From assembly GCF_006345805.1 (NCBI RefSeq), contig NC_043009.1, positions 66,898,001 to 66,962,000 on the forward strand: a DNA stretch of 64,000 bases. Direction: 5' to 3'. The position numbers and the translations under genes are program-made. Below the pieces are notes generated by a model that made no database searches, was not told the DNA's origin, and worked only from the letters and a program-made list of their open reading frames with translations. Below are positions 1 through 12,304 of the stretch, one piece after another (the first letter of the stretch is position 1; each line of letters opens with the position of its first letter). This stretch comes from Octopus sinensis. Lineage: Eukaryota.

Positions 1-46
<46 letters not shown>
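1..46. repeat. (AC)n microsatellite
   Basis: Pure AC dinucleotide run at the window start. Confidence 0.95.
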
Positions 47-47
<1 letters not shown>

Positions 48-286
48 AATATACACGCTTTAAGATCAACAAAGGAAAATGAAAGAAATATTGATTTCTA
101 AACTTGGCACATGTCCAGCAATTTTGTCGGAATGAGTATGATAGATTAAATCGATCGCAATATTTGACTAGGACTTTATTTTATTCATCCTGAAAAATAA
201 AAGGAAAAAAATACTCCGACGGTATTTGAACTCACATCGTAAAGGGAAGTAAGTAAATACAGCGATGCACACGAAAAGGAAAGTAA

Positions 287-367
287 TAGAGGGTGTCCAT
301 AAATTATCTTTACAAATTCCACATATAAATTGTGGAAGTTCTAAAGATAATTTACGGACATCCTGTA
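287..367. mobile_element. Tiny Tc1/mariner-type MITE (81-bp hairpin)
   Basis: TA-gagggtgtccataaattatcttta ... taaagataatttacggacatcctg-TA. Inverted termini resemble CAGGGTGTCC Tc1/mariner TIRs; inner ttccaca/tgtggaa also pairs. Confidence 0.65.
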
Positions 368-673
368 TTAAAAGGAATTCATCAACTGAGAAAAAAAAAC
401 AGCCTCAGTTGTTACTGGAGTTATCTCCCTTCGCCACACTATATTGACTATGGTGTTATCATTTGACAAGTAACGTTTTGAACATATAACTCTGTTGACA
501 GTATGAAATAATGTAACATATGTAGTTATTTGATAGTTAAACACTATTATTGCTATTGATAATATATATTTATTGCAAACACACATTGACATTTTGTTTG
601 ATAAATTAATTTTATTTTTTAAAAATTAGTATCCATTTCATTAATATTTGCCTATCACTGAAATATGTAAAAG

Positions 674-860
674 TACGAGGGTGAGTCAAAGAGTAATACT
701 ATTTTGTTTAGGACAGGTATAATTACCAGCACAGGAACATGTATCATACATCAAAATGAAGCTGGTCCTCTGTGGATCACATCTCTACTTCTCATCATGG
801 TCACCGTTTCTCTCAATAGCAATGTTCCACCTTCGAATGAGAGCATCAGCTGCCCCACGG
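674..860 (-). mobile_element. Mariner transposon 3' end remnant (TIR plus transposase C-terminus)
   Basis: TA-CGAGGGTGAGTCAAA terminus at 674. Minus strand encodes ALIRRWNIAIERNGDHDEK*, matching the mariner C-terminal L..RW..CI..NGDY.EK pattern. Confidence 0.6.
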
Positions 861-2063
861 ATATCATTATGGTTTCGACACCTTGGCAGTACCATTCAAT
901 CCGACAGTATCAACAATACTAAAATAAGTTTTGTTTGGGAACAAGCATACATATGTATGTATGTACGTATGTAAGTTTACAGATATACATACATGCACGC
1001 ATACACCTGTGTACATATATATATATATGAATGTATGTAGGTGTGTTTGTATGTATGTTTATGTATGTATATTACATAAACTAGGAGAAAACCTCCCGGC
1101 GGGAGAGTGTTTCTCCTAGTTTTATCGGTTGTTGGACGTTAGATAGTTAAAAAGACATCATTTATTTCTGTCGAAGACAAATATCAGGTGACTGGCGAGG
1201 TGGGGGGTGAGGGTGGGTGATAATAAACATCGAAATAAACTAGAAACGACAGAAGACATGAAAAATGCAAAAATACGTTTCTTAACATCAAATAATCAAC
1301 AACAACAAAAAAAAAACAAAAAGTAAAAATACTTCTCTCAACTGTAAAGATGAAACGAGAGAAGAATACGTTTATTGACAGATACTCGAAGCTAAAAATA
1401 AATCATGAAATATTGTGGTTGATCGAGGGACTTGGTTGACTGTATGGAATCGGATTTTGACTCCTTTTGTAGAATTACGCAGTTTTTATCCTTTTACATT
1501 TTGTCTTTCTTTTCTGAAAACAACAAGTGACCTTTTAAAGGCGACTGAGATGCTAAGGAATGCCCACTTTAATAAATGTTGCTATGAGATAAAGAGGAAG
1601 CCTGATCGTTTGGTGTTGGTTTGTTGCTTTATCTTTTCAGTAGACTATTTGTTGGTTTATCTTTATAATAGACTCGAAGCGGCTTCTGATTTATATGTTT
1701 CTTCCAGTAGAACGAATTCTTTTACAATAGAACGTTTTTCATATTAATTTTTCAAAAGTCAATTCCGGGTGTTGTTTTACAGAATGGAAACCCCAAGACA
1801 TTGAGCTCTTTGGCAGATGCACAGAAGGATACACATTCCAAATAGTAGCCAACGAAGGAACCCCTATCTGGTGTCTCGCCCTTTGAGAAACAGCAGCTAA
1901 ATCTCCCTCAAATTACATCTTACCATTTTAACCGAGATATTTTCTTGTTTTTTTTTCAAACCTTGCGAGGGTCATATCCCCGAAGCAGTTCTTTACCATA
2001 ATATATTTTTTAGATAACCCTGGTTGAGCCTCGAAAATGAAAAAGGGAGATTATTTTTTCCAA

Positions 2064-2534
2064 TTATAGAGTTGCGCCCGGTGCCGCTTTAGGAGCAGTT
2101 GCCTCCGAGTTTTGTTGTTTCTTTTTGGTTTTGTTTTTTTCTTGCTCATTTAGACAGAAAACCGCTGAATGGTTTTTACTGCCATTTATGTAGCAATTGG
2201 GCCTTGTTGCTTCGCTGCTTAGACTTAAGGTCTTCCTCTCAGCGCGCGCTACAAAGCACAACTCGTAGTCATGAGAGTTTGTATGTCCGTTTGTATGTCC
2301 CGATATTGACTGTTGGAGGTCCCGATATTTTTTTGTTACTTCCTTAATATTATGAAACCAGTTTATAGGAAAGTGTGTCCTGTACAATTTGGGTTTGCAC
2401 TTTACCACCCCCCCCCATTCCGTCCTCTCTCTTTGAAGACGACACAAATAACATACACTTTCCTTCTTCCAATGAGCAAAAATTCCCTCAATTATCTGCG
2501 AGAACTTCCTCCAGATGTTCCATGAATGAAACAA
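2064..2534 (-). pseudogene. Decayed gag-like ORF1 of a non-LTR retrotransposon (zinc knuckle)
   Basis: RPNCYINGSKNHSAVFC is a degenerate CX2CX4HX4C; a near-identical motif occurs at 49189-49242. Confidence 0.4.
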
Positions 2535-3254
2535 GGAACATTAGAATTTTAGTACTAGGGCGATGACCTGCCGCAGCTCTCAGCAGACATTTTCAAATAT
2601 CCGATAACAACAACTGTGTTGTGCTCGACATTAAGTTAGAGTAAGTGAGCAAATCTTTAACTTTGAATGGTCTAACCAATGAGCAAACTTCTACTGCATC
2701 TGGTTACTGAAGCGAAGGATTTCAGGTTCTGTGAACCGAGAAGCGATACGCTGTTGAAGAATAGCACAAATGGGGCGCAATACATAATTTTGTCATTTCA
2801 TAGCCATAACTTTACTGAGTTTAGAGTTTTAAGACTTTAAAGAAGACGCAAGCACAAAGACTGGCGCTTGTTGTTAGAAGTGTAATCGAGGAAGCACAGA
2901 GATGCACGATTCCAAAAAGGTCCTTTTTATAACAACCGCCACCTCATGTAATACATCTTAAAGAAAATGGATAACAAACCTGATTCCGGTGGGGCTTTGA
3001 TCAATTTTCGACAATATCGATTATCATTACACAGCCGCTCTCCTCAAAGCATCCAGTTTCCTTCCCGTTTGCAGAGGCAGAATTGCTTCAATGTGCAACG
3101 CCATCGGCTCGGTGATCTGAGTAAATGACCACGCAGCGGAACCGTTTCGAATCACTCGCTAGGTCCACAAGGGTATCCTAAAAGTCAACGTGTGCCAACA
3201 TTCTAAAGAAATACGACATGGTGGCAGAAGCAAAGATAAACCAGAACAAGCCCG

Positions 3255-3468
3255 TTGGTACTTGGCTTGCCAGTCGGCAGTTGGCTTGCCTATCGGCACT
3301 TGGCTTGCCAGTCGGCACTTGGCTTGTCAGTTGGCAGTTGGCTTGGCAGTTGGCTTGCCAGTTGGCAGTTGGCAGTTGGCTTGCCAGTTGGCAGTTGGCA
3401 CTTGGCTTGCCAATCGGCACTTGGCTTGCCGGTTGGCAATTGGTTTGCCAGTCGGCAGTTGGCTTGCA
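3255..3468. repeat. GC-rich minisatellite, ~19-bp unit TTGGCTTGCCAGTYGGCAS built from 5- and 7-bp subunits
   Basis: About 11 degenerate tandem units read directly. Confidence 0.9.
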
Positions 3469-3875
3469 GCTCTATTGATGGAAATGTAATTCCAGATTAA
3501 ATTAACGTGTAACTGGTTGAGTATTCCACATATAAGTTTATTCTTAACATAATTTCAAAACCGAATCAGCGTATGACAAAAGCGGCTTTTCAATTACTTG
3601 TACGAACCATTCAACAGGCTTCCATGCAGTTTCCTACCATTCCGTTCCGCTCACAAAGATTAAGATAAACCGAAGTTCTGGTAAAGATACTTGCTCAAGG
3701 TGCCATGCAGTGAGATCGTGTCCAGGATTTCATGATTGCAAACCATTAAGACATAGCTCTGTCCAAAGTGAAACGCACGCGCACGCATACACATACGGAT
3801 AGATAGGTAGATAGATATATATACATATGTATGTATATTATTTACATTATTTACATTTGACGGATATAGAACTAC

Positions 3876-3906
<31 letters not shown>

Positions 3907-3923
3907 CATACATACATATATAC

Positions 3924-4028
<105 letters not shown>

Positions 4029-4041
4029 ATATATTGTGTGT

Positions 4042-4378
4042 GAAAGCGCGTGGCTCAGTGGTTAGAGCGTCGAGCTTACGATCGTGAGGTTGTGAGCTCG
4101 AATCCCGGACCGGGCTGCGTGTTGTGTTCTTGAGCAAGACACTTTATTTCACGTTGCTCCAGTTCACTCAGCTGTAGAAATGAGTTGCGACGTCACAGGT
4201 GCCAAGTTGTATCGGCCCTTGCCTTTCCCTTGGACAACATCGGTGACGTGGAGAGGGAAGGCCGGTATGCATGGGCGACTGCTGGTCTTCTATGAAACAA
4301 CCTTGCCCAGACTTGTGCCCCAGAGAGTAACTCTCTAGGTGCAAACCCATGGTCAGTGTCTGACCGAAGGGGGTCTCG
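4042..4378 (+). mobile_element. tRNA-derived SINE (family C)
   Basis: A box TGGCTCAGTGG and B-like box GAGCTCGAATCC; near-identical copy at 36461-36785; flanked by (TA)n. Confidence 0.85.
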
Positions 4379-4431
4379 ATATATATATATGTATATATGT
4401 ATGTATGTATATATATATGTATGTATGTATG

Positions 4432-4488
<57 letters not shown>

Positions 4489-4594
4489 TATATATATAAT
4501 ATATATATATATACATATATATATATACATACATACATATATATATATATATAGGTATATATTTATATTTATACACATACATGATATAATATGT

Positions 4595-4885
4595 GAAGGC
4601 GCGTGGCTTAGTGGTTAGGGCATTTGGCTCAATATCGTATGGTCGTAAGTTCAATTCCCGACGGTGCACTGTGCAAGGCACTTTATTTCACACTGCTCCG
4701 CTCCACTCAGCTGGCAAAAATGAGTTGTACTTGTAATTCAAAGGGCCAGCCTTATTACACTGCGTGTCACGCTGAATCTCCCTTAGAACTACGTTAAGGG
4801 TACTCGCGACTGTGGAGTGCTCAGCCGCTTGCACGTTAATTTCACGAGCTTGCTGTTCCCTTGATCGTATCAGCTGGTCGTCGTA
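4595..4885 (+). mobile_element. tRNA-derived SINE (family D)
   Basis: TGGCTTAGTGGTTAGG A box and AGTTCAATTCC B box; body shared with the tail of 39413-39760. Confidence 0.8.
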
Positions 4886-4896
4886 TCCGTGTGCTC

Positions 4897-4930
<34 letters not shown>

Positions 4931-4936
4931 GCACAT

Positions 4937-4992
<56 letters not shown>

Positions 4993-4994
4993 AT

Positions 4995-5044
<50 letters not shown>

Positions 5045-5047
<3 letters not shown>

Positions 5048-5343
5048 AGGCACAATGGCCCAGTGGTTAGGGCAGCGGACTCGCGGTCATAGGATCGCGG
5101 CTTCGATTCCTAGACCGGGCGTTGTGAGTATTTATTGAGCGAAAACACCTAAAAAGCTCCACGAGGCTCCGGCAGGGGGTAGTGATCCCTGCTGTACTCT
5201 TTCACCACTCTTTCTCTCACTCTTTCTTCTGTTGGCCTGCTCGCTTAACCAGTGAGGTGGCGTCATTTGAAGGCTAAAACAATGCGAAGGCATTGTGACC
5301 AGCGATGTGTAACAACATCTGATTGTCTGGTCGGTCACGTGAT

Positions 5344-5350
<7 letters not shown>
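5045..5350 (+). mobile_element. tRNA-derived SINE (family E)
   Basis: TGGCCCAGTGGTTAGG ... TTCGATTCC; the head recurs at 39413. Confidence 0.8.
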
Positions 5351-5396
<46 letters not shown>

Positions 5397-5507
5397 GATG
5401 GATAGACAGATATGTTAAAGTTTGGTTTTATGTTCAGTTATAATAAAACAAATTTCAAGCTAACGTGATGCTTTACTCTCTACTTCTGTAGAGTACAAAT
5501 TTATTAT

Positions 5508-5860
5508 TCTTAAATAAGAATATGATCGACAGTGACTTCGAAGTTTCGGCCTTAACTGGCTGAATCTTCGAAGTCACTATTTAAGAATAATTATTCTATA
5601 TATGTATTTGGCTCAATATCGTATGGTCGTAAGTTCAATTCCCGACGGTGCACTGTGCAAGGCACTTTATTTCACACTGCTCCGCTCCACTCAGCTGGCA
5701 AAAATGAGTTGTACTTGTAATTCAAAGGGCCAGCCTTATTACACTGCGTGTCACGCTGAATCTTAAATAAGAATATGATCGACAGTGACTTCGAAGTTTC
5801 GGCCTTAACTGGCTGAATCTTCGAAGTCACTATTTAAGAATAATTATTCTATATATGTAT
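5508..5860. repeat. 100-bp direct repeat (5508-5607, 5761-5860) flanking an exact 158-bp copy of 4622-4779
   Basis: Base-by-base identity read from the sequence. Confidence 0.9.
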
Positions 5861-6009
5861 ATACACGCGCGTGCGCGTGTGTGTGCGTGTGTGTATGTGT
5901 GTGTGTGTGTAAAAAATACGTATCTACATATGTAAAAAGCGCAGAGAAGTTCGATTCTGGTAGTTATTGTACCCATAATTTTAAAACTCAACTTAGTCAC
6001 AGATAAAAC

Positions 6010-6603
6010 GACAGCAAGCCAAATTTTGGTTTTCCGTCGATTGGAAAGGAGATCATCCTTCGCGTTTGTGCTTGTTCTGTAGCTATAAAATGCCAGACAA
6101 ACCAATGCACTTCTTCATAAGTTCAATAGGCATCTCAAATCTAAACACTCCGACCTTCAAGGAAAAGATTCAAATTATTTTAAAAGATTCCGCAGAACAT
6201 CAAACAAAACAGGCAAATAGTCTGGCAAAAAGTATCTGTAACAGTTTCTGCAAAAGGTCAACTTTCTTCGTATGAAATATCTGTATGATTGCACACACAG
6301 GGGAAAAAACAAATGTAGTCACGTACTTAGACGAAGTCAATTATCTTGCTTTGCATAGAGAAATTTTAAGACAATGCTAGATCAAACAGAACGAGAAATG
6401 CGTAAAATTCCTCTCTCAAATGGTACAGGCCGCGGATGCGTTTTGGAGTTGTCTGCTGACATCGACAAAAATGTCGGCCGTAATAAGCTCCGACATTACA
6501 AGTTGATGAATCAAGAAGACATTGCCAACAAGACGCGGTTATTGGCATTCATTCCGTTTTATTGATGGAGATCAAATACCAAATCAGTTTCTGTTGTTGC
6601 TGT

Positions 6604-6662
<59 letters not shown>

Positions 6663-7110
6663 TGTCGTTGTTGTTGTTGTTGTGTTGTTGTTGTCGTTGA
6701 AAACAAATGACATCACTACAAAGAGTAAAAACATTGAATTAACCACTTTGAAAAATGTGAATAGCCATGGCCGCTGTGCGTCGGTTTTGTACCAATGGCG
6801 ATCCTTCAATGGCTGGCTTTATGAAATAACTGGCAACACTTGTTAAAAAGCAAAAGCAAAAAAAAAAAGAACCCGTAATGTTATTACAACTCATTGCTTT
6901 TTACAGAGAAAGGAGGTCTTGATTGTAAAAGCATTCAGAGTTAAATTGAAACAACTTTTAGATCAAGCTGTCAAATTGGTTAATTTTATTAAAAGCAGGC
7001 CATTAAAGACTCGTTTGTTTGAGGACATTTCTATTGACATGAATTCGCAGCGCTGACGCTTATATTTACGCACAGAAGGGCTATGGCTGCCAAACAAGGT
7101 GCCCTGCCGT
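6010..7110 (+). pseudogene. Decayed hAT (Buster/Charlie-type) transposase, interrupted by an (AGT)n/(TGT)n microsatellite at ~6590-6700
   Basis: Frameshifted motifs KFNRHLKSKH, IPLSNGT, VDES..DIANKTRLLAFI, CTNGDPSMAG, TTHCFL, LLDQAVKLVNFIKSRPLKTRLFED and LYLRTE. Confidence 0.85.
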
Positions 7111-7626
7111 GTCTACGAGCTCTAAACAGAGCTTCTGGCACGTTTTTGTTGGGTTTTTGCTTGTGTTTTTTTTTCGGTTTTCTGTTCTTTTTGTTGTTGT
7201 CTTTTAAAGAGAAAGTCAAAAACACCTTTACTTAAATATCGTCAATGCGAATTTCATGAGCATATTTCAGCCCCCTTAACACACAAGGTAATCATGGAAA
7301 TATCCTTAAACCTACAAATTGAGTGGCAACGTTTCAGTAAAAGATGGTAAATTAGAATAGAAAGGCGAGAGATGGTAGTATTGATCTTAAATTTTGGCAC
7401 ATGGACAACAATTTCGATCCCATGCTCAGCTGGTACTTATTTCATTGACCCCAAAAGGATTAAAGGCAAAGTCGACCTCAGCGGCATTTGAACTCAGAAC
7501 GTAAAAATGAAGACGGGCGAAATGCCGCTAAGAATTTTGCATTTAATAACTCTAGATAAGAAGCTGAGCTTTTATTTCAATCATTAAATGTAAAATAATG
7601 ACTCTGTTTCAAACTCTTTCATGGAA

Positions 7627-8030
7627 GGCGTAGGAGTGGCTGTGTGGTAAGTACCTCGCTTACCAACCACATGGTTCCGGATTCAGTCCCACTGCGTGGC
7701 ACCTTGGGCAAGTGTCTTCTACTATAGCCTCGGGCCAACCAAAGCCTTGTGAGTAGATTTGGTAGACGGGAAACCGAAAGAAGTCCGTCGTATATATGTA
7801 TATATATATGTGTGTGTGCTTGTGTCTCTGTTTGTCCCCCAACATCGCTTGACAACCGATGCTGGTGTGTTACGTCCCCGTAACTTAGCTGTTCAGCAAA
7901 AGATCCGATAGAATAAGTACTAGGCTTACAAAGAGTAAGTCTCGGGGTCGATTTGGTCGACTAAAGGCGGTGCTCCAGCATGGCCACAGTCAAATGACTG
8001 ACACAAGTAAAAGAGTAAAAGAGTAAAGAA
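7627..8030 (+). mobile_element. tRNA-derived SINE (family A, internal microsatellite, AAAGAGT tail)
   Basis: GGAGTGGCTGTGTGGTAAG head; many copies in the window. Confidence 0.85.
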
Positions 8031-8159
8031 TATATCTTTTGGAAATTTTATCTTAACAAGAATTGGTTCCTATGTCCATTGGTCGTGAAATGAAAATAGA
8101 AAATCAAATATGAGGCTTTTTTATATATCAGAATAGTTTTCAGTATTTAAAACATTTTA

Positions 8160-8550
8160 CCTTTCACCTTTTACTTGTTTCAGCTATTAGAGTGGAGTCA
8201 TGCTGGGTCACCTCTTTGAAGAACTTTTGGTCAACAAATTGACCCAAGTACTTCCTGTTTTTTAAAGTCTGGTGCTACTCTATCAACTTTTTTTTACCGG
8301 ACCGCTAATTTACGGGTACCTAAATGTACTAACACCGGCTGTCAAGCGGTGCGTGAGGACAAATACAGACACAATGACACGCACACATATATACATATAT
8401 ATGACGGGATTCTTTCATATTCCGTCTACCAAATTGCACTCACAAGTGCCCGAGGCTGTTGTAGAAGACACTTGTCCAAGGTGCCACGTAGTGGAAGTGA
8501 ACCCGGAACCATGTGGTTGGGAAACAAACGTCGTACCACATAGCCATGCC
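8160..8550 (-). mobile_element. SINE family A, diverged copy
   Basis: Reverse complement of 7627-8030 motifs. Confidence 0.75.
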
Positions 8551-8590
8551 TAGCACCAAAGTTTTGTGGAATATTATTTTCTTCTCTGAA

Positions 8591-9160
8591 AGGCGACGAG
8601 CTGGCAGAAACGTTAACACGCCAGGCGAAATGCTTAGCGGCATTTCGGTTGTCTTTACGTTCTGAGTTCAAATTCCACCGAAGTCGACTTTGCCTTTCAT
8701 CCTTTCGGGGTCGATTAAATAAGTACCAGTTACGCACTGGGGTCGATATAATCGACTTAATCCGTTTGTCTGTCTTTGTCTGTCCTTCTGTGTTTAGCCC
8801 CTTGTGGGTAGTAAAGAAAGAGATATTTCGGTTGTCTTTACGTTCTAAGTTCAAATTCCGCCGAGGTCGACTTTGCCTTTCATCCTTTCGAGGCCGATAA
8901 ATAAATACCAGTTACGTACTGGGGTCGATCTAATTGACTGGCCCCTCTCCAAAAATTTCTGGCCTTGTGCCTAGAGTAGAAAAGAATGCTTTGCGATATT
9001 TCGTCTGTCTTTACGTTTTGAATTCAAATTCCACCGAGTTTGACTTTGCCTTTCATCCTTTCGGGGCCGATAAATTAAGTACCAGTTGCGTACTGGGGTC
9101 GATCTAGTTGACTGGCCCCCCTCCCCAAAAATTGCGGGCCTTGTAGCTAGAGTAGAAAAG
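8591..9160 (+). mobile_element. SINE family B: one head followed by three tandem body units
   Basis: GAGCTGGCAGAAACGTTA head; TTTACGTT(C/T)T...CCTTTCATCCTTTCG...TACCAGTT repeated at ~8650, ~8835 and ~9010. Confidence 0.85.
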
Positions 9161-9290
9161 ATTACTTTCTTCTCTGAGCAACACTAAATACAAAATTAAA
9201 GAATTTACAACTGAGAAAGAAGGAAGAATCCATTTGTATTTTTGTCCCAAACACTGAAAAACACCAAGGCTGCTTATCGCAGAAGCAGAA

Positions 9291-9632
9291 TTAACCCTTT
9301 GAATGCGGAAATCGGGTATGCTCGCTCAAACTATTATCCCCGTTACCTGTGGAAAGCGGGTTATACCACCAACAGCTTTGAAAAAAGCCTCTCCTTTCGC
9401 TACAAGAGGCAGAGATATTCGACTAAAACTCTTTCCAAGAGGTTTTCTTAATTTTTTTCATTTATCTAATTAAATATCTCTTTACAGAACAAGAATCAAC
9501 TACCTTTAGTATCTACAGGTGATGCTAAAAATTTATTGCAGAAGCAGAAATTGTCAATTCTAGTTTTTGGTGGACAATTTAACATCATTACGGGAATGAC
9601 AGTGAAATTCAATTACGGAGTCAAAGGGTTAA
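9291..9632. mobile_element. piggyBac-type MITE
   Basis: TTAA-CCCTTTGA ... TCAAAGGG-TTAA, i.e. a TTAA TSD with CCC/GGG termini; 334-bp non-coding body. Confidence 0.7.
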
Positions 9633-10029
9633 TAAAGCCAAATTAGCAATTACTTTTTTCCTGTTTTTCGGAGATTTTCATTAAAATTAATTGCTTTGTT
9701 TGGTTTGGTTTCTTGTTTTTAACTTTCCGCGGGAAATCAGTAGTTTGTTATTTCATCCTCAGTACGCCACGAAGACAAATAGAATGAGAACCTCTGTGAT
9801 AAACAGAAGAGTTAAGAGGGGAGGCGGAGAGAAGGAGAGGACACTCTGTAGAGGCTTAAAAGAGTATTAATTAAAGACAAATATCATTGGGAAATATTAC
9901 TATTTCGCTTTCTTCTAATATCCACAGCGTTAAGTATATTAACACTGACTTAACTATTAGTTATCCACCGGAAAGAAAAACACAAGAGATATAATTTCAA
10001 ATAAGCTATGTAAAACTCTGTTAAGAAAT

Positions 10030-10099
<70 letters not shown>

Positions 10100-10101
<2 letters not shown>

Positions 10102-10345
10102 GGAATAAACACATAAATGTGAAACAAGGTGGAAAAAAGAGTACTCAAATACCAGTGGTAGAATAATATGCTTTATTTAAAGCAGCAGAAAATTCAACAA
10201 AAGCTGTTACTCTGAGTTTTCCGTTGCCGTTCGTCGGACAGTCTTTGCTAGAATTTTGTAGATTCCAGCAAAAACTGTCCGACGAACGGCAACGGGAAAC
10301 TCAGAGTAACAGGTTTTGTTGAATTTTCTGCTGCTTTAAATAAAG
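10100..10345. mobile_element. Penelope-like terminal repeat pair in inverted orientation (~180-bp hairpin) within (TA)n
   Basis: Arms ~10166-10255 and ~10263-10345; another copy at 58842-58971; each arm carries a hammerhead fold. Confidence 0.7.
10275..10312 (+). ncRNA. Minimal type-I hammerhead ribozyme-like motif (core CCGACGA, U4C); mirror copy 10204-10241 on minus
   Basis: ctgt-CCGACGA-a-cg gcaa cg-g-GAA-A ctc a gag U-A-acag. Confidence 0.6.
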
Positions 10346-11002
10346 TATATATATATATAACAATTGCAGCGTGGAAGGTGTTTATAAGCCATTTAAGAAA
10401 CACACAAAAGCCGTTCGATTCACTTCAACATTTAAGTTTAATTTGTCAAAATATTTTCGTCGCTAAAATCCGCGACCTGTTCACTGACAAAGTCCGTGCT
10501 GCATCTAAGAAAGTAACAGTAAGTTCGTCATATATATGTACGTATGTATGTGTGTATGTATGCATACATGTGTGTATGTATGTACGTATGCATGTACGCG
10601 CATACGCCTGTGTATGCATGTATGTATGTATGTATGTATGTATGTATGTATGTATGTATGTATGTATGTATGTATGTATGTATGTATGTATGTATATATG
10701 TATGTGTGTGTATATGCACGCACATACACTCTATAAAACATAAAGCTATAAACCTGTAGCGATGGATGGATGTAGAGTGACCACTCATCACAAAGCTATC
10801 AAATTTCAACTTCCTACGGCCGAAGCTAGAAAGTGATTTATGACGCTTACTCCCAAAACTATACCCTAAAATCTATTATCAGATTTTTATCTCTATATCA
10901 CAGAACTATTGTTTTACTATTGTGCGTATGTATGTATGTATGTGCGTATGTATGTATGTATGTATGTATGTATGTAGTATGTATGTATGTATGTATGTAT
11001 GT

Positions 11003-11182
11003 GTGGCAGTCTACAAGGGATCCTTAGGGGAGCTTAAGTTGAACATCCTATCAACACACCCCACCGATGCAATGTTGAGACAGGTCACAGAAGCTGTTTG
11101 TATACAAGAATACAAACCTACTCTCAACCGAAAGTCCGAATGGAATAACATCCAGATCCCATTCAGAAGGACTATTCTATAA
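11003..11182 (+). pseudogene. GIY-YIG endonuclease C-terminal fragment of a Penelope-like retroelement
   Basis: LNILSTHPTDAMLRQVTEAVCIQEYKPTLNRKSEW matches the PLE R...EA..I....P.LN motif. Confidence 0.75.
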
Positions 11183-11729
11183 CCAGCCCTCTCTCTCTCT
11201 CTCCCTTTTACCTGTAGTCCTTACATACGGGTTGCAACGCGTATGTGCAGTTATATACAACGGTATGAGCAGACGTTGTTTGATACGAACAGTTGCACCT
11301 AGGCGTTGTATCCATTCACGGTTAGACGATGATGAGAGGAACAAACACACACCCACACACATATATATATGTGTTTGTGCGTCTATACAAACATATATGT
11401 AAATATGTATACAACCTTCAGCAAAGTAACAGTCATGTACACAACTTGGACGGACACATGCCAGTACACGGACATACGTTCACATACACATACACATGTA
11501 CACACTCTCACAGACACATCTGCCTATTCTCCTAGACACTCACATACATACGTAGCACATGAATACAAACATACATACATACCTACGTATGGGCATACAC
11601 ACGTACATACGCACGTACATGTACGCACACACATACATGGGCACATGCACACGAGCGCGTATACATACATACGCACATGCGTACGTATGTACATACACAC
11701 ATACATACATACATACATACATACATACA

Positions 11730-11763
<34 letters not shown>

Positions 11764-12194
11764 CATACGCACATACATACATATATACGCACAATAGTAA
11801 AACAATAGTTCTGTGATATAGAGATAAAAATCTGATAATAGATTTTAGGGTATAGTTTTGGGAGTAAGCGTCATAAATCACTTTCTAGCTTCGGCCGTAG
11901 GAAGTTGAAATTTGATAGCTTTGTGATGAGTGGTCACTCTACATCCATCCATCGCTACAGGTTTATAGCTTTATGTTTTATAGAGTGTATGTGCGTGCAT
12001 ATACACACACATACATATATACATACATACATACATACATACATACATACATACATACATACATACATGCATACACAGGCGTATGTGCGTACATGCATAC
12101 GTACATACATACACACATGTATGCATACATACACACATACATACGTACATATATATGACGAACTAACTGTTACTTTCTTAGATACAGCACGGAC

Positions 12195-12244
12195 TTTGTC
12201 AGTGAACAGGTCGCGGATTTTAGCGACGAAAATATTTTGACAAA
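12195..12244 (+). ncRNA. Minimal type-I hammerhead ribozyme with G3-C8 swapped core (GUGAACA); mirror copy 10442-10491 on minus
   Basis: tttgtca-GUGAACA-g-gtcgc ggatttta gcgac-GAA-A atat U-U-tgacaaa: 7-bp stem I, 5-bp stem II, palindromic stem III. Confidence 0.7.
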
Positions 12245-12304
12245 TTAAACTTAAATGTTGAAGTGAATCGAACGGCTTTTGTGTGTTTCTTAAATGGCTT
12301 ACAA

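Noticed and set aside
3255-3468. Possible CRISPR-like array
   Set aside because: The repeats are contiguous without unique spacers, the context is eukaryotic and there are no cas genes.
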